DNA of 64,000 nt from contig MU619271.1 in NCBI GenBank assembly GCA_025201805.1, positions 166,167 to 230,166 of the forward strand, read 5' to 3'. This document shows, in pieces, positions 12,312-25,187 of this stretch (positions within the stretch are counted from its first letter, which is position 1; each line of letters opens with the position of its first letter). Position numbers and translations under genes: made by a program. The DNA comes from Parasitella parasitica NRRL 2501 (taxonomy: Eukaryota; Fungi; Mucoromycota). Below the pieces are notes generated by a model, which worked only from the letters and a program-made list of their open reading frames with translations, ran no database searches and was not told the origin of the DNA.

Positions 12312-12658
12312 TTTAAATCAGCAAAAGTGTAATTTAGAGTTCACATGATAATTCTCCGCGGTGAGGTTGATCCAATAGGTTTAATCTCAATGATGTAAAT
12401 ACAATTCTAAAATACAAGGTTAGCATTTGTGTGGGGAAGGCAAGAAAATCTAGAAAAGCTAAAATTTATAACTTGTGCAAGACTACATAGCTCGAAGATA
12501 TGCCATTCACAACTGATACATACGACAATACGACTCTGAACTCATGTGCATTTTGGCACTTGTATATGTAGACAAAAGCAGAAAATTCAAAGAATGTGGT
12601 CATTCGGCTAAACAATTATTACACAAATAAAGGAAGAGGGAACATTGGGAAAATATAT

Positions 12659-12692
<34 letters not shown>

Positions 12693-12739
12693 NNNNNNNN
12701 NNTTAAGTTATGTCTTAATAGGCATCTTATTTAACTTAG

Positions 12740-13305
12740 AATATCGATATGAATCATCTCGCTCAGCAACCACGCTTCAAACTTCGGCAGACGATAGAGG
12801 AACTACCCGACTTTTGATGATAATTTGGTTTCTAGTACTTGTTATCTCACCCTTATGGACATTGCTGAATGTCGCCGCTATGCCGCTGTTTTTTAGTTGG
12901 ATTGGCTTGAGCCTTTTGATCATTGGAATTTCGTTGTTGAGGTGGACTACATATGTCAACCCATTTTATTTACGTGCCATGGCAACTACTGATGATCATT
13001 TTATTTGCACGGATGGGCCATATAGGAGGATTCGCCATCCTGGTTATTTAGCATTTTTATTGGCTTGGGTTGGATTTGGGTTCATGACCAACAACTGGAT
13101 ATCCCTTGCGATGATTACTGTGTTGATGCTCTGGGGGTATCTACTTCGGATTTTGGCAGAGGAGCAAATGATGTTGGATCGTTTTGGAGTTGATTACCAA
13201 CAGTACATGAATGAATCCTACAGGTAAAATGTTTTGATTTTCTTACTGTAATATTTGTTATTCACTTGCCTCTTTGTTTATAGATTAATGCCATTCATAT
13301 TTTAA
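12740..13305 (+). CDS. ICMT/PEMT-family integral membrane methyltransferase; exons 12740-13223 and 13284-13305; 5' exon probably lost in the gap at 12693-12702
   Basis: DDRGTTRLL, several TM helices, HFICTDGPYRRIRHPGY, RILAEEQMMLDRFGVDYQQY; terminal RLMPFIF after a GT-AG intron. Confidence 0.85.
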
Positions 13306-14197
13306 GTTTTGAATCAATACCCAATAATCTCTCATTAAAGATACATAAACTTTCTCTTTTCATTAAAGTTGTTGTCAGGTTTCTGTTGGCTGTGCCATTT
13401 TAATGGTATATTTTTAACCTTTCGGATTTGTGAATATACCACTATACGCTATCAATTTGCTGTTACATGGCCTTAATTTTCGGAGTAGAGCATTAAAGTC
13501 TTTGAATAAGTTTTTGTTTGATGTACACCATCCCAACAATCTGAACCCCTACAAATCAAAAAAGCACCAAGTTGAATTACCATTGATATTTTTAGCTGGG
13601 AGATCTATGCACTAAAATTCATTCTTAGTGGATTTTCCTTATGATTAGTAGATTTTTCTAACCAACCAGCGAAATGATTTTGTCTTACAAACTATGTTAC
13701 AAATTATTTGCTTAATAATATGGATCTTGTGGCACCTAAATCACACACAATGATAACATGTAGCGCGATATATAAGGTGTACTGGCCACCAAAGCATAGG
13801 AACACCAAAGTTTGGAATAGATTACTGGTGAGAAAGTAGCAATGTAAAGTCATCATGACGATAAATTACTTATGAATCTCAAACTTAACTTTATCATTCA
13901 CTCAACCCCGGGGTATCAGTAAAAGGAAATACAGATACGTAGGCTGTCCATTTTTATGCTGATCTCAGCTTGAAAACGAGAGAACTCAAATATGATATCA
14001 CCTGCCATGATTGGGTTGATGGCAGATTTTTTTTTTTTTTTTGAAGTTACCATATTGAACCTAAAATATAACAATTAGCCACCGTCAGTTCCTGGATATG
14101 ATTTCACATGAATGTCGAAACAGGAAAAGCTATAAAAGGACAGTTTGTCCGCTTTTACATCTACTTTTTAATACTTTTCAAATTAGCCTCAGGAATA

Positions 14198-15325
14198 ATG
14201 CTTTCAAAGTCGTCCTGTTTATCTATTCAGTTACTAGAATCAACCATCTACATTGAGCCCAGTTCTGATGCTTGTAATGTCGTTCGTGGCACCATCAACA
14301 TCAATTTACCCAAAACAACAACAGTCAAATCCATCTCGGTCAGATTCGATGGCAAGATGGAAACAAAGAGTTACAGCTTCGAATCTATGGATGCTGGAGG
14401 TTTCGCTCAGAAGAAACCCTTGGCCCGCCAACGTTTAGTTGTATATCCTCCTCTTGAACAAGAGGATGTCGAGCGCCCTCTAGTCATGAACACAGGCTTG
14501 ACGCAGTTTGGTTTTGAAATGCAAATTCCATCAAAGCTGCCTGAAACTATCGACTGCTCAGATGTCAAAGTGAGTTATCATGTCACTGCTGTCATCGAGT
14601 ACCACAGCAACTCCTTCTTGCGTATGGGCCGTCTTGTCAAGGAGTTTGCCAAGCAAGATGTCCGTGTCGCTCGTTTACCTTATGAAAACATCTTGGTCGG
14701 CGACACCATGTCAGATCCTATCGATTCTCGCACTCACAAATCCGCTTGGCTTCACTATCAAATCCTGGTTGATAAAAAAGCCGTTGCTCTCGGCTCGGAA
14801 TTGCCTATCACCTTCCGTATGCTGCCTATTCACGACGGAGTTTCGGTGGATCGTGTTGCTATTCAAATGTTGGAGCGTCGTGATTTATATAGAGAATCTA
14901 CTCGCACTAGCCATTATGTCCACTCTATTCAACCAAGCTCTGAAAACAAGACCACTATCCCCACTACGGTATTATACGAAGCATGGGAAGGTACTGTCAA
15001 GTACGGCATTCCGGAAGGCAAATCTCTTATTCACTCAACCCATGAGTACTCTGACTTTAATGTCAGCCACACATTGCTTGTGTCTATCGCTCTCTCTGTT
15101 CCCGGAATGGGCCGTTTTACTGCTACTCGAGTTCAGAAAATAGTAACCTTTCAGGCCAACATTGACATTTTGGACGAAAAAATCGGCGAATTGGATTCTC
15201 TTAAGCTGCCTACTTATGATTCTCCTCCTCCTTTTGATAACTCGGAATACGTATTTGGTGAATATGACCGTAAATTTGCAGATCCACCTGCTTATTCAGA
15301 AATATATGCTACTGAACGCAATTAG
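14198..15325 (+). CDS. Alpha-arrestin (arrestin N/C domain, ART/ARRDC family), intronless
   Basis: VVRGTININLPK..VKSISVRFDG, FGFEMQIPSKLPETI..KVSYHV, and C-terminal LPTY and PPAY WW-binding motifs; start taken at MLSK (14198). Confidence 0.88.
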   Translation: MLSKSSCLSIQLLESTIYIEPSSDACNVVRGTININLPKTTTVKSISVRFDGKMETKSYSFESMDAGGFAQKKPLARQRLVVYPPLEQEDVERPLVMNTGLTQFGFEMQIPSKLPETIDCSDVKVSYHVTAVIEYHSNSFLRMGRLVKEFAKQDVRVARLPYENILVGDTMSDPIDSRTHKSAWLHYQILVDKKAVALGSELPITFRMLPIHDGVSVDRVAIQMLERRDLYRESTRTSHYVHSIQPSSENKTTIPTTVLYEAWEGTVKYGIPEGKSLIHSTHEYSDFNVSHTLLVSIALSVPGMGRFTATRVQKIVTFQANIDILDEKIGELDSLKLPTYDSPPPFDNSEYVFGEYDRKFADPPAYSEIYATERN

Positions 15326-15492
15326 ATAGAATGTAAATAAAAATATACCCCTTGTCGATGATATTATCACTTGTAAATAAAATTTAGAGCGACTCAGTTT
15401 GGTTGGTGTCACAAACCATCAACCAAAAAACACACTATTACAAACATTGAATCTCAACTGTCAATTGTAAAGTGTCAGGACAGAAATTAAAG

Positions 15493-15526
<34 letters not shown>

Positions 15527-16016
15527 NNNNNNNNNNNNNNNNNNNNNNNNNNNNNNNNNNNNNNNNNNNNNNNNNNNNNNNNNNNNNNNNNNNNNNNNNN
15601 NNNNNNNNNNNNNNNNNNNNNNNNNNNNNNNNNNNNNNNNNNNNNNNNNNNNNNNNNNNNNNNNNNNNNNNNNNNNNNNNNNNNNNNNNNNNNNNNNNNN
15701 NNNNNNNNNNNNNNNNNNNNNNNNNNNNNNNNNNNNNNNNNNNNNNNNNNNNNNNNNNNNNNNNNNNNNNNNNNNNNNNNNNNNNNNNNNNNNNNNNNNN
15801 NNNNNNNNNNNNNNNNNNNNNNNNNNNNNNNNNNNNNNNNNNNNNNNNNNNNNNNNNNNNNNNNNNNNNNNNNNNNNNNNNNNNNNNNNNNNNNNNNNNN
15901 NNNNNNNNNNNNNNNNNNNNNNNNNNNNNNNNNNNNNNNNNNNNNNNNNNNNNNNNNNNNNNNNNNNNNNNNNNNNNNNNNNNNNNNNNNNNNNNNNNNN
16001 NNNNNNNNNNNNNNNN
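15527..16016. other. Assembly gap (others at 12693-12702, 20102-20166, 47358-47367, 57917-57926, 61015-62004)
   Basis: N runs, mostly abutting poly-A/T tracts. Confidence 1.
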
Positions 16017-16024
16017 TTTTTTTT

Positions 16025-19000
16025 TTAAACGAAAGCGTTGGGCCAGGTCTCTTCAATCATAGGGTTGCTCATCAAACCCTTGATAAATCCTCTCCAAACA
16101 GCGCTTTTTATGATGCTATCATCCCAATTTGCAAATTTGGTACCATCGGGACTTTGAGAATCTTGATCTAATTTCTGTTTCTTCTGCCTATCTTCGCGAT
16201 CAATCACCAGAGTCTCAAAAAAGCGTTTTCCAAGGCCTTTAACAGCGTCATAACGGTCTTGCATCAAAACTAGACAATCACTGGCAAAGACGCCCAGTGT
16301 CTGCCCTTGAAAAAACGACATGTTTTGCTCTGCACAAGAGCACAGCCGGGATGGCAAAATGTCTTGTAGTAAGCAGCGAAGAAGGCTGACGCAGCTATTG
16401 TGTGTGTTTGCAGAATAAAGCAACGGCGTTGTGACCAAACAGGAGCCCAGTTCAGCTACGCACGTTGTACGGTTAAAGATGGCCGTTTTCTGTAACTTTT
16501 TTGCGCAAAAACTCACCTGCTCTGACGGCACCACCGGATCGCCCTGCCTCCAAGACTTGGTCCACTATCATTCCAACAAACCAATGCCCACCGCCAATTT
16601 CCAAAGCTGTCTCAAACAAGACCATGTCTAAATAATGAGAGACTACTTGCATTTTGGAGGGGGCTTGGTCGTCCCACAAGGAATTTGTATCAGCATCCAC
16701 ATCACTCATAAACAGAGACCGGCCACTCTTGACAATGTACCTGAACATCAGTTCTGCTTTCTCAAACAGTGTCCAAGGCGTGACACCCGTTGTCACTGTT
16801 TCCAGGAACAAGACGGAATGGTCCTCTGTGAGTTTGTTTTTGCTGTTGTTGTGTATGAATTGCATCAGTTCCGACATGTCCTGTGCTAGCTTGGCATTGC
16901 TTTCTTCTTGTTCTTTGGTCGCAAATGCAGCCTCTTGTCGCTTGAACTCTAAAAGTGACTCCAAAGACCCCAGGACAGCATGCAGGTTAAAGTCGCGAGC
17001 GAGGGAATGTTCAGACTTGACTAATTGGCCAACACACTCGAGAGCAATGGCCGCGTGGCCGCTTAGCAGCTCTTGGCACAGGTAGTTGAATATACCATAC
17101 AACGTGAAATTCAAAAATCTCCTCTGAAAGTACGAGATCATCCCTGCAAAGGCGTCTTGATCCATTTGTTGATTAGCATGTAACAATATGCTGCGCTGAA
17201 TGATTGTTGGTACAACTTTCAGTAGTTCTTGGGGTGTTGATGTTCTACAGAGCAACGATTTCTATGAGTATTGCGCAATACGTTAACTTAAGGATGTATT
17301 ACCTGAGCAAATCATCCGAGAGGCCATCACTCCCTGCCAAAGCACTCATCCAGCGATTGATGAAGGGCTCTAGCGACTCATCTTCGACATCCAAGCCGTA
17401 GATGACGGAACATTCATCGAAATATGTGTACAAGATGCCCTTTTTGTCCTGTAATACCTTGCTTATATCGCGATACAGCTGAATACAAAGGGCTCTTAGT
17501 GTCATACTCGGTCAACTTTGCTGGATTATATTGTACCTTAAATCTCTTTACTACAGACACTGCAAAATTCCATATATTTCCAAATTTGCTGTACAATAAC
17601 TGAACACCATCCAACTCTTCCTCGCCCTCAATTTTCCTGGTCGTTGAGTCATCCTCAGTTTCCATTTCATAGTCTGTTGGATTCCATTGGTTGCACACGC
17701 TCTCTAGCGGGCCAAGTAAATCGGCGGGGGTATACAGCTGGAGGATCAAATCAACGCTGCAAGGACACTCGGATAATGCATCACAAATCTTGGAAAGAGC
17801 ATAAAAGTCGTTTGCAGCACTCTTTTGTTTCAGCAGGTCTAGCACGAAATCAATTATCTTTCGCAAGTGAATGGGCGACACCAAGCCGATGTGTAGGATT
17901 TCTGTTAATGCTGAAAAGGACAAGCTGTTTCCGATGGCTTCGAAGCGTGTGTCTATATTCTGCGAGCAAGTTATATTGAATATAAAGTCCACATAAAATC
18001 ATGGTTTGACCTACTTGATCTATAGCCGTGATAGGTGTCATTTTCTCGACAGCTAACTCGGTTTCCATCATGTCATTCTTTTTAATAAGATCAGCAGCGA
18101 TGTTTGGCCTCACGAAACCATAGCGCTCGCAGACGTTCACAATGTTGGTAAAAATATCATTGCCGCTAATGGATCTTAACGATTTTGTCAGCGCAGGTGT
18201 GTTTAGGTCTGACGTGCTACTGATGTCGCTTATCATTTTCATAATATCGTCGTCATCGTCGTTTTCATTTTGTCCAAATGCTATTTTATCAACCAACATG
18301 GACGACATGGAATCTGGAGCGTAAAACTCGGAACAGCAAGCAGGTGGGCTGCAGGCGTTGATTAGGCCACTGAATGCTTTCAACTCTTTCAGTGATGCTT
18401 CAAAGGGGTTGAGCTTGTGGCAGGTTAATATACTGTGGCATGGTCTTGTTGGCTTTATTTACCTCGTTCTCTGGGGTCGGCTTTTCGAGAATAAAATTGT
18501 CCTTTTCTTGCTTTTTGCTTTGTAATTTGCTTAACAGGTAAGGCAGCTGAAAGCAAATGAATACAATGGATTATTATAAAAAAAAACACTAGATGATTTT
18601 ACCTTGACCAGCACAAGGCTTTTCCATAGTAACCGGTTTGTTGCCACCACGCCATTGCAACTTTTGGCTTGCTCCTCTTTGGAAGATACGATGTTTTCTG
18701 CAGAAGGAAGACTTTGACAGCTGGTATTCAATGAAGCTTCGCGCAATCCTGTCAGTGCAGTAAGCCAAAGCCCGAGAAAGAATGACTCGTCAAACGACCC
18801 TTTGATTGTTTGCAGTTTCAACAAGTGATCGATTATATACTCGTCATCCAGTGCTGGTCGAATCTGAACCATGTGGTATAATAGCCCCGTTAATCCAGCG
18901 CTTGGCATCGCTCTTGCTGTGCCCTCGTCTTCCAATTCATGGTATTTCATGTGGACTGCCATTCGTCTCTCTAAATCTCTGTCGGTCAATCTCTGGATCA

Positions 19001-20083
19001 AGAGCAGCAATTTCTGGATATGTGGGTTTTGTGATGCAGATGACACGCTGTCGTGCTTCGACTCTAATTTAGCTTGGCACTGCACCCAAGGCTCCTGATC
19101 TGCTTCAGTGCCAGCTTGGCGTTTCTGGTTGTTTCTTACTTCAAAGATACGCTTTGAGCCTCTCTTTTCAATCAGCTGAATCATGATTTGTGCAGCCAGT
19201 GCAGCATTGTCAATTTCAATTGATGCCTTCCCTGTATTTTCGACATCCACTGGATCGCTCATCTGAGTGTCTTTGACAGCTAATGGCTGGTACTCGTCTA
19301 TTTGCTGCGTATTGTCTATGTCAAGCGTCGCATCGCCATCAAAGTTCATTGACTGCTGAGATTGGAAGGAAAGCTGAGAGTCGAAAGGCTGTGTATTGTT
19401 GTTGTGAAAGGACAGAGCAGAGGTGATTGTAACGGGTGTCTGCGCTATGGGTCGGGCGTACCAGTTGGGATAAAGGCCAACAGCAACGATATGAGAGAGC
19501 ATTTGGAACACACTGGCAAGTATATCCACCCAGGGGTTCTCTTGTCCGTTCTGAAGATCAGAGACAATATCGTCCGTGTTGAGGTCAAGAAGACCAGGTA
19601 GCAGCTTCAAAAGGAACAGCCATTGATAAGGGTTCCTGCTCGCTGTTGTTTCTGCAAAGGGTATGATTTTGGAGAGGAATGCGATGGGGGACACAACAGG
19701 GTCTATACTGATGCTGGAAGACTCGCTATCAAGTGAGGCCTTGCCTATGGTGGCAAATGTTATATAAGACTCTAGTAGAGGATCAGACACTCGAGTGAAT
19801 GAGAAGAGTGTCGTCAGCAATGTATCTATGAAGAGTGAGACATTGGTACTGTTTGGTGTTTGCGCTAATATTACCACATAGCTCTGTCTCGACACTCCCT
19901 GCTTCCATGCACTCTCGGGTGGGTTCTATCCACTAACAAGTCAACGAGATCATGTAAGTCCATATGTTTACACACACACACACACACACACACACATGCG
20001 TGGCATTTTTTTACCTGCTCAGGTGTAAATCCATGCAAGAAAGCATAGCGAAGAACAACCTCCAGTTTATTAGAAGGGGCCAT
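16025..20083 (-). CDS. MED5: Mediator tail subunit Med5 (Nut1/Med24/Med33 family), multi-exon
   Basis: Large alpha-helical protein over about 7 exons starting MAPSNKLEVVLRYAF; DPLLESYI; SFFLGLWLTALTGLRE resembles the Med5/Med33 FLGLW.AAL motif; LWKSLVLVK|LPYLL; WMSALAGSDGLSDDLLR|TSTPQELLKVVPTIIQRS. Confidence 0.75.
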
Positions 20084-20262
20084 TAGAGAAAAGAAAGAGA
20101 GNNNNNNNNNNNNNNNNNNNNNNNNNNNNNNNNNNNNNNNNNNNNNNNNNNNNNNNNNNNNNNNNNAAAAAAAAGTGGGTATAATAAAGATGCATCCAAT
20201 TCCTCCCTCTATGATCCCCTTTCGCGTCAACCGTCACGAGAGACATCAATAGGTAATACCAA

Positions 20263-21750
20263 ATGTCGCTTCCACATGCTTTTACTCGAATCATGTCTGC
20301 ATCCTTGAGCAAGCCAAAGCTAATTTACATCGCGGCTGTTGCCATACGACTGGCTGTATTTAGCTTCCCATCAGTGTCGAATACGCTTGTGCAACGAGTC
20401 GAATTGTCTACACCAGTAACCAGTTTCAAGCGCTGTATGTATAGGCTCAGAGCCATTATTTCTAGCACAAAACCTTAACCTCATTGAGCCATAGTAACAG
20501 AAGGCGTCTACCTTTACAACAACAACGTCCCCCCCTATGATGGTGGCGCATTTCATCAAGTAGGCACTCACTCTATATCTCCCATACATTAGTATTAACA
20601 CTGCTCGCTTAGTCGCCTTTACTGCTCTGCTTGTTCTCCTTCATCATGGCGCTGCCAGCCAACGCAATCCCAGTACTCTACTGCGCAGTTGATGTTGTGA
20701 TTGCTTATGCGTTGTCTCGCATCACAGCCATTAAACAACTGGAGGATTCAAATAAGCCAATGCTCAAAGTCGAGCAAGGCCAAGCAAATATTAAGCCTAG
20801 TACGGTGGCGGCTCTATACCTATTTAATCCACTCACAATTCTGTCATGTATTTCTAAATCAACGCTCATCTTCACCAACCTCAGCATTGCCATGGCGATA
20901 CTAAGTGCATTGAAACGTAAACAGAATGGGAGTATGTTGTGGGCGGCGCTGGCATCGTACCTTAGTTTTTATCCGGCCATGCTGGTCCCCGCCTTGCTCC
21001 TTTTCTTCAGGTCGCCAAAGCCCATGGCCTCGTTTGCTGGATGGCTGGCAGCCTTGTTTGTATTTTCGAGATTGTTTATTGGGTCTTGGGACTTTATCCC
21101 AGCAACTTATGGCACCATGTAAGTTCCGTGGATGAAAAGAACCAATTGCTAAATGACTGAATGCCACACCCTGTTGATAGCATCTTTTTAACAGACCTAA
21201 CGCCTAACGTTGGCATGTTTTGGTATTTCTTTATAGAGATATTTGACCAATTCAGATCGTTTTTTATGGTTGTGTTCCAATTCCACACTTTTATTTTTGC
21301 TGCACCCATTTGCATCAAGATGAAAGACCAGCCCATATTTGCAATCACTGTGCTTTGTGGCATAATGGCCATCTTTAAAAGCTACCCGTCAGCTAGCGAT
21401 GCATCCTTCTACCTGGGACTGGTGCCTATCCATGATAGATTATTCAAATGTAAAAAGTGAAGCATGGGATTTCACGTGTACTTGCACCAAATTAACCTTG
21501 ATTATGTCTAGATTGTCGTTACAGCTTCCTGGTTTCCAACCTGTTCTTGTATGCCTCTGCATTGGCACCCATATTCTGGCATTTATGGATCTATGCGGGC
21601 AGTGGAAATGCAAACTTTTTTTACGCCATTACGCTTGTATATAACTTGGGACAAGTGCTGTTGTTGATTGATTTAGTGTACGCAGCTCTGAGAAGGGACT
21701 ATGACATTAAGCATCCTGAATCCATAGGCAAAACGGTTGTTCATAAATGA
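20263..21750 (+). CDS. GAB1: GPI transamidase subunit PIG-U/Gab1, 5 exons
   Basis: RVELSTPVTSFKR, GVYLY..PYDGGAFHQ, YLFNP, DLTPNVGMFWYFFIEIFDQF, KSYPS, WHLWIYAGSGNANFFYA; start at 20263 or 20293. Confidence 0.95.
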
Positions 21751-21972
21751 AATCTTTTTTTTTATACATATATATATATATATCTTTATTTATTGCCTTT
21801 GGGATTGTGTAATTCACGGCTTTGCCCACTTGTATTTGCTAGTTGGAGCAGCTTTTAAGATTCTGCAAAACAGCTTTACATCTTGATCTACTACGGTATG
21901 ACTTTCTGCTGAATCCTCATTCAGTAGTAAATATTTGTGAATACACGTAAAAATGTGGATTTTTGCATGTAT

Positions 21973-22435
21973 TCACATGCTTATATCTTGCATTGGGCAG
22001 ATGTATTGTTGTTTTTTGAATACACATTGACATACAAATTGGCGCTTTTGGTAGCACTCAATTTGCATTGATAATAAAAGATATGGTACCTTGGGAAGGC
22101 TCCATTTATTATATTTAATGGATCCTTCGGCTTGTGTTCGATATCCTCCAGATGAGTCTATCGCCAGTATAGCCATATCATTATATGACAAGTGTCTGAT
22201 TCCATCCAGAAGCCAGTATTCCAAGAAATCTGTGTGTCTCAACCCAGAGTAATCAGCATAAAAGCAGTGAATTTTACTGCGAAATATCACAATACGGGTA
22301 TCATCCATAACATACCATCAAAAGTGCAAAATAATATTGCTAAATCCATAAAAATCACCATTGTCTTATCATTTGAAAATCGAAAAGTGTGATGTTTTCA
22401 GCAGCAAGAAGAGAGATAAATGAGATTCGACTCAT
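21973..22435 (-). CDS. Possible small spliced hypothetical gene; structure uncertain
   Basis: ATG at 22435 (MSRISFISLL) can be spliced via a weak GTGATT...TTCGCAG intron into the 111-aa ORF; no recognisable domain. Confidence 0.25.
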
Positions 22436-22625
22436 TTGTCTTTTAGAGAGCATCAAGGCATAAATGCACTACGATAAATCATAAAAAAAAAATAGCTCCC
22501 GCAATTTTATTCTGGTGTGTATAAAAAATAGTGATAAATGATAGTAGAGGAGTGGGGATAATCATATAATTGTAAATAAAATAAAATAAAAGCGTTAGGA
22601 GGAGGAGGAAGAGGAGGGGGTAAAC

Positions 22626-24990
22626 TTAGGCATTTTCTTTAGCGATCGAGTGAGTGTCAGTTTGGATCATTTCTACTTTCTCTAATAACAAGCCAGATTT
22701 TGACAAGATGGAAGCAAAATAATCAGCTGTTTCTTTGGAAACAAAGGCAACTTGTTCGGTTTCGTGGCGCTTTTGCTCCTTGTTTTCAATAGCCTTTTGG
22801 ATTCTATTTTGGATTTCCCAGCCCTCAACTCGCAACACCTTGCGGCTTTCACGAGCAATGCGATGGCTCTGTCCTTCAATGTAGCCGGTGTCACGAACGG
22901 CTTGCTTGAATTTCTTGACAAGTTTGCGCTCAACAGCACTGCGCATATCACTGACAACGTAAACCAAAAAGCCAGCACTAGCAACGCCTACAATAGGAAC
23001 AACCCAACGACGCAAGTTGCTGTTGTTGCTCATCATGTTGGAAACACTCCAAATACTAGAGACAGCATCTTTGAATCCCAACATGCGGCCGCCTACCATG
23101 GCAGCTGCACCAAAGGACAAGGCAGCTCCTGACAGCTTGTCGTCCAGTACCAAGTCAAAGAAATCTGTGGTTTCAACAGTGATTGTGACACGACGCTCTC
23201 TGTTCTTGACGCACATTTTATTTACGTCCGCAGCCATATCATAGGTACCCATGTGTTCGGTGCCCATGCTGTGCAAGCGCTCAAGACAAACAGCAGTTTC
23301 TTGACGAGCATGTTGTTCCTCTTGGCGCACTTCATGGAGCAGCTTCTGGACCATGGAATCTGCGATATCCTGCGCATATTGCCAAATCAACAAGATACCA
23401 GGATACTCGATGGTGCCAATAGCATTGCCAACATGCTCGACTGCTTGGTTCAGCTTGTTTTGAGCATGCATTTGGACCGAAGAGACGGCTTGCTCAGCGA
23501 CCTTCTCGACTTGCTCCAACAAGCGATCACGGACACGCAATAAATGCTGATACGCAGGAAGATCTTGCTCCAGTTCTACGGTCGCCTTTGCATAAGCATC
23601 CGAGGACTTCTTTGCGTTATTTTCTGACAAGACGTTGATGTCCATCAGCAAGTTGACCAGGTAGTTCTTTGCAGGCATCAACTTTGATTTGGTGCGATTT
23701 TCAAGGACAAACGCACGCAGACGTTGCTCTAGGCGGGCGAAATCAGGAGCATCCAATTTGCGGGATCCAGGCTCCAAGTCGACGCTACCCGCACTGACAA
23801 AGTGGACCAAATCGTCTGCGTCTGCGTATGTGGCGGGTGAAAGTTGGCGAATTTGCTCCAAAATCAAGCGCTTGCAACGGTCTTTATCTCTGATCGAGTC
23901 GAAACGGTTGACTACGATGAAAATATGGGTTTTTTCATTGGCTGCATTCCACAAAAATTCTTTTCCCTGCACAAAAAAAAAAAAAAAAAATAGCAATGGT
24001 CAGCACCTACATTGGCTCGGGTTTGATCGAGCGAAACTTACAGAGAGTGTAAAGTGGTTTTCAGCACTGACTACAAAGACGACGACGTCAATCTCCTCTT
24101 GACGGGCGAAAACGGCGGTAGTCTTGACTGAATCTGTATTCAAACCAGGAGAGTCGATAAGTGCAATATCAACAACGCCGTTGTGAAGCAAGGATTCTTG
24201 AGTGGTTCTAGCGTCGTTGGCATAGATCTTGAGCATCTTGTAATGCTCATAATCCTCCGTGATAGCTTTGTAGAGATGACGCATTTCAATGACATGGTAA
24301 GTGTTGGGATCGAGGCGATTGTAAGTCTCGGCAACTGGAATCGCATGCACCTGCTCGAGTCCATCGTTCAGCATTGCATCCAGCACTTCGCAAAAGACGC
24401 TTGTGCAAGGCTGTTGGTCCGCAGGTAAAATTTCTCTCTTCAGTAATGCGTTGACAAATGTAGATTTACCAGAGTTCAAATCGCCAGTGACCAACACTTT
24501 GGACGAAGTGTCAGCAATACGTGCTTGCAATTTGCTGAGATGGCTCAAGCTTTGGTCGAACCGATCGTTGAGCAGATTAGCAATTGATTTGGACTCCAGG
24601 GTGCTGAGGTCTGCTGAGGAATGACCCATCTTCAAGTCTAGAGAGAGAATATTGAGTTCGTGAGGTAACAGTCTATGCTGTTCGAGCTGTTGAGCTAATG
24701 AGTCTGTTTGTGTTACAGAGGAGCGGCGAACAGCATCCAGAATTTGAGACGAGCCCGTGTCCAGTGTTTGAGAACGAGCAATGGTGGGCTTTTGCTGCAT
24801 TGGATAGAAAATAGGAAATTTGTCCTTGTTGGCAGCTTTCAGGTCCTCGCAAATACCAACAACGGAATGAATATGGCTAATCAAACGTTGGCAGCTATCA
24901 CGATAGGTTCTTTGCTCCTGAGCAGCGTTAAGACGATGCTGATGGGTTCGAGCAGCACTGTTTGAGGTTGACGGTGATGGGATGGGGCTT

Positions 24991-25025
<35 letters not shown>

Positions 25026-25187
25026 AAAAGAGGTTTCCATGGATGAAAACAGGTTGCTGCTGCTGCTGCTGCTGCTCAGGCTAGGGCTGAAATAAGAATC
25101 GTCCATACTGGGTGCTGAGTTGCGCCTTAACGATCGTTTGGAGGACATCATGGAAGATGGCACTCCGAATATTTGTGATTGTGACAT
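22626..25187 (-). CDS. FZO1: Mitofusin / mitochondrial fusion GTPase; intron 23967-24041
   Basis: KVLVTGDLNSGKST (G1), LPADQQPCT (G2), DSPGLN (G3), VVNRFD (G4); two hydrophobic segments near the C-terminus; N-terminal poly-S/poly-Q. Confidence 0.96.
24993..25076. repeat. (CTG)n microsatellites coding poly-Q/poly-S in FZO1; similar tracts in DYRK (about 47724-47759, 49105-49182); intronic (CA)n at about 19969-19996
   Basis: Directly visible trinucleotide and dinucleotide runs. Confidence 0.9.

Noticed and set aside
15472-16062. Long ORFs spanning N runs (also 60645-62104, 19871-20312, 47056-48039)
   Set aside because: Artefacts of assembly gaps and homopolymers; poly-F/poly-K stretches are intronic or UTR sequence.
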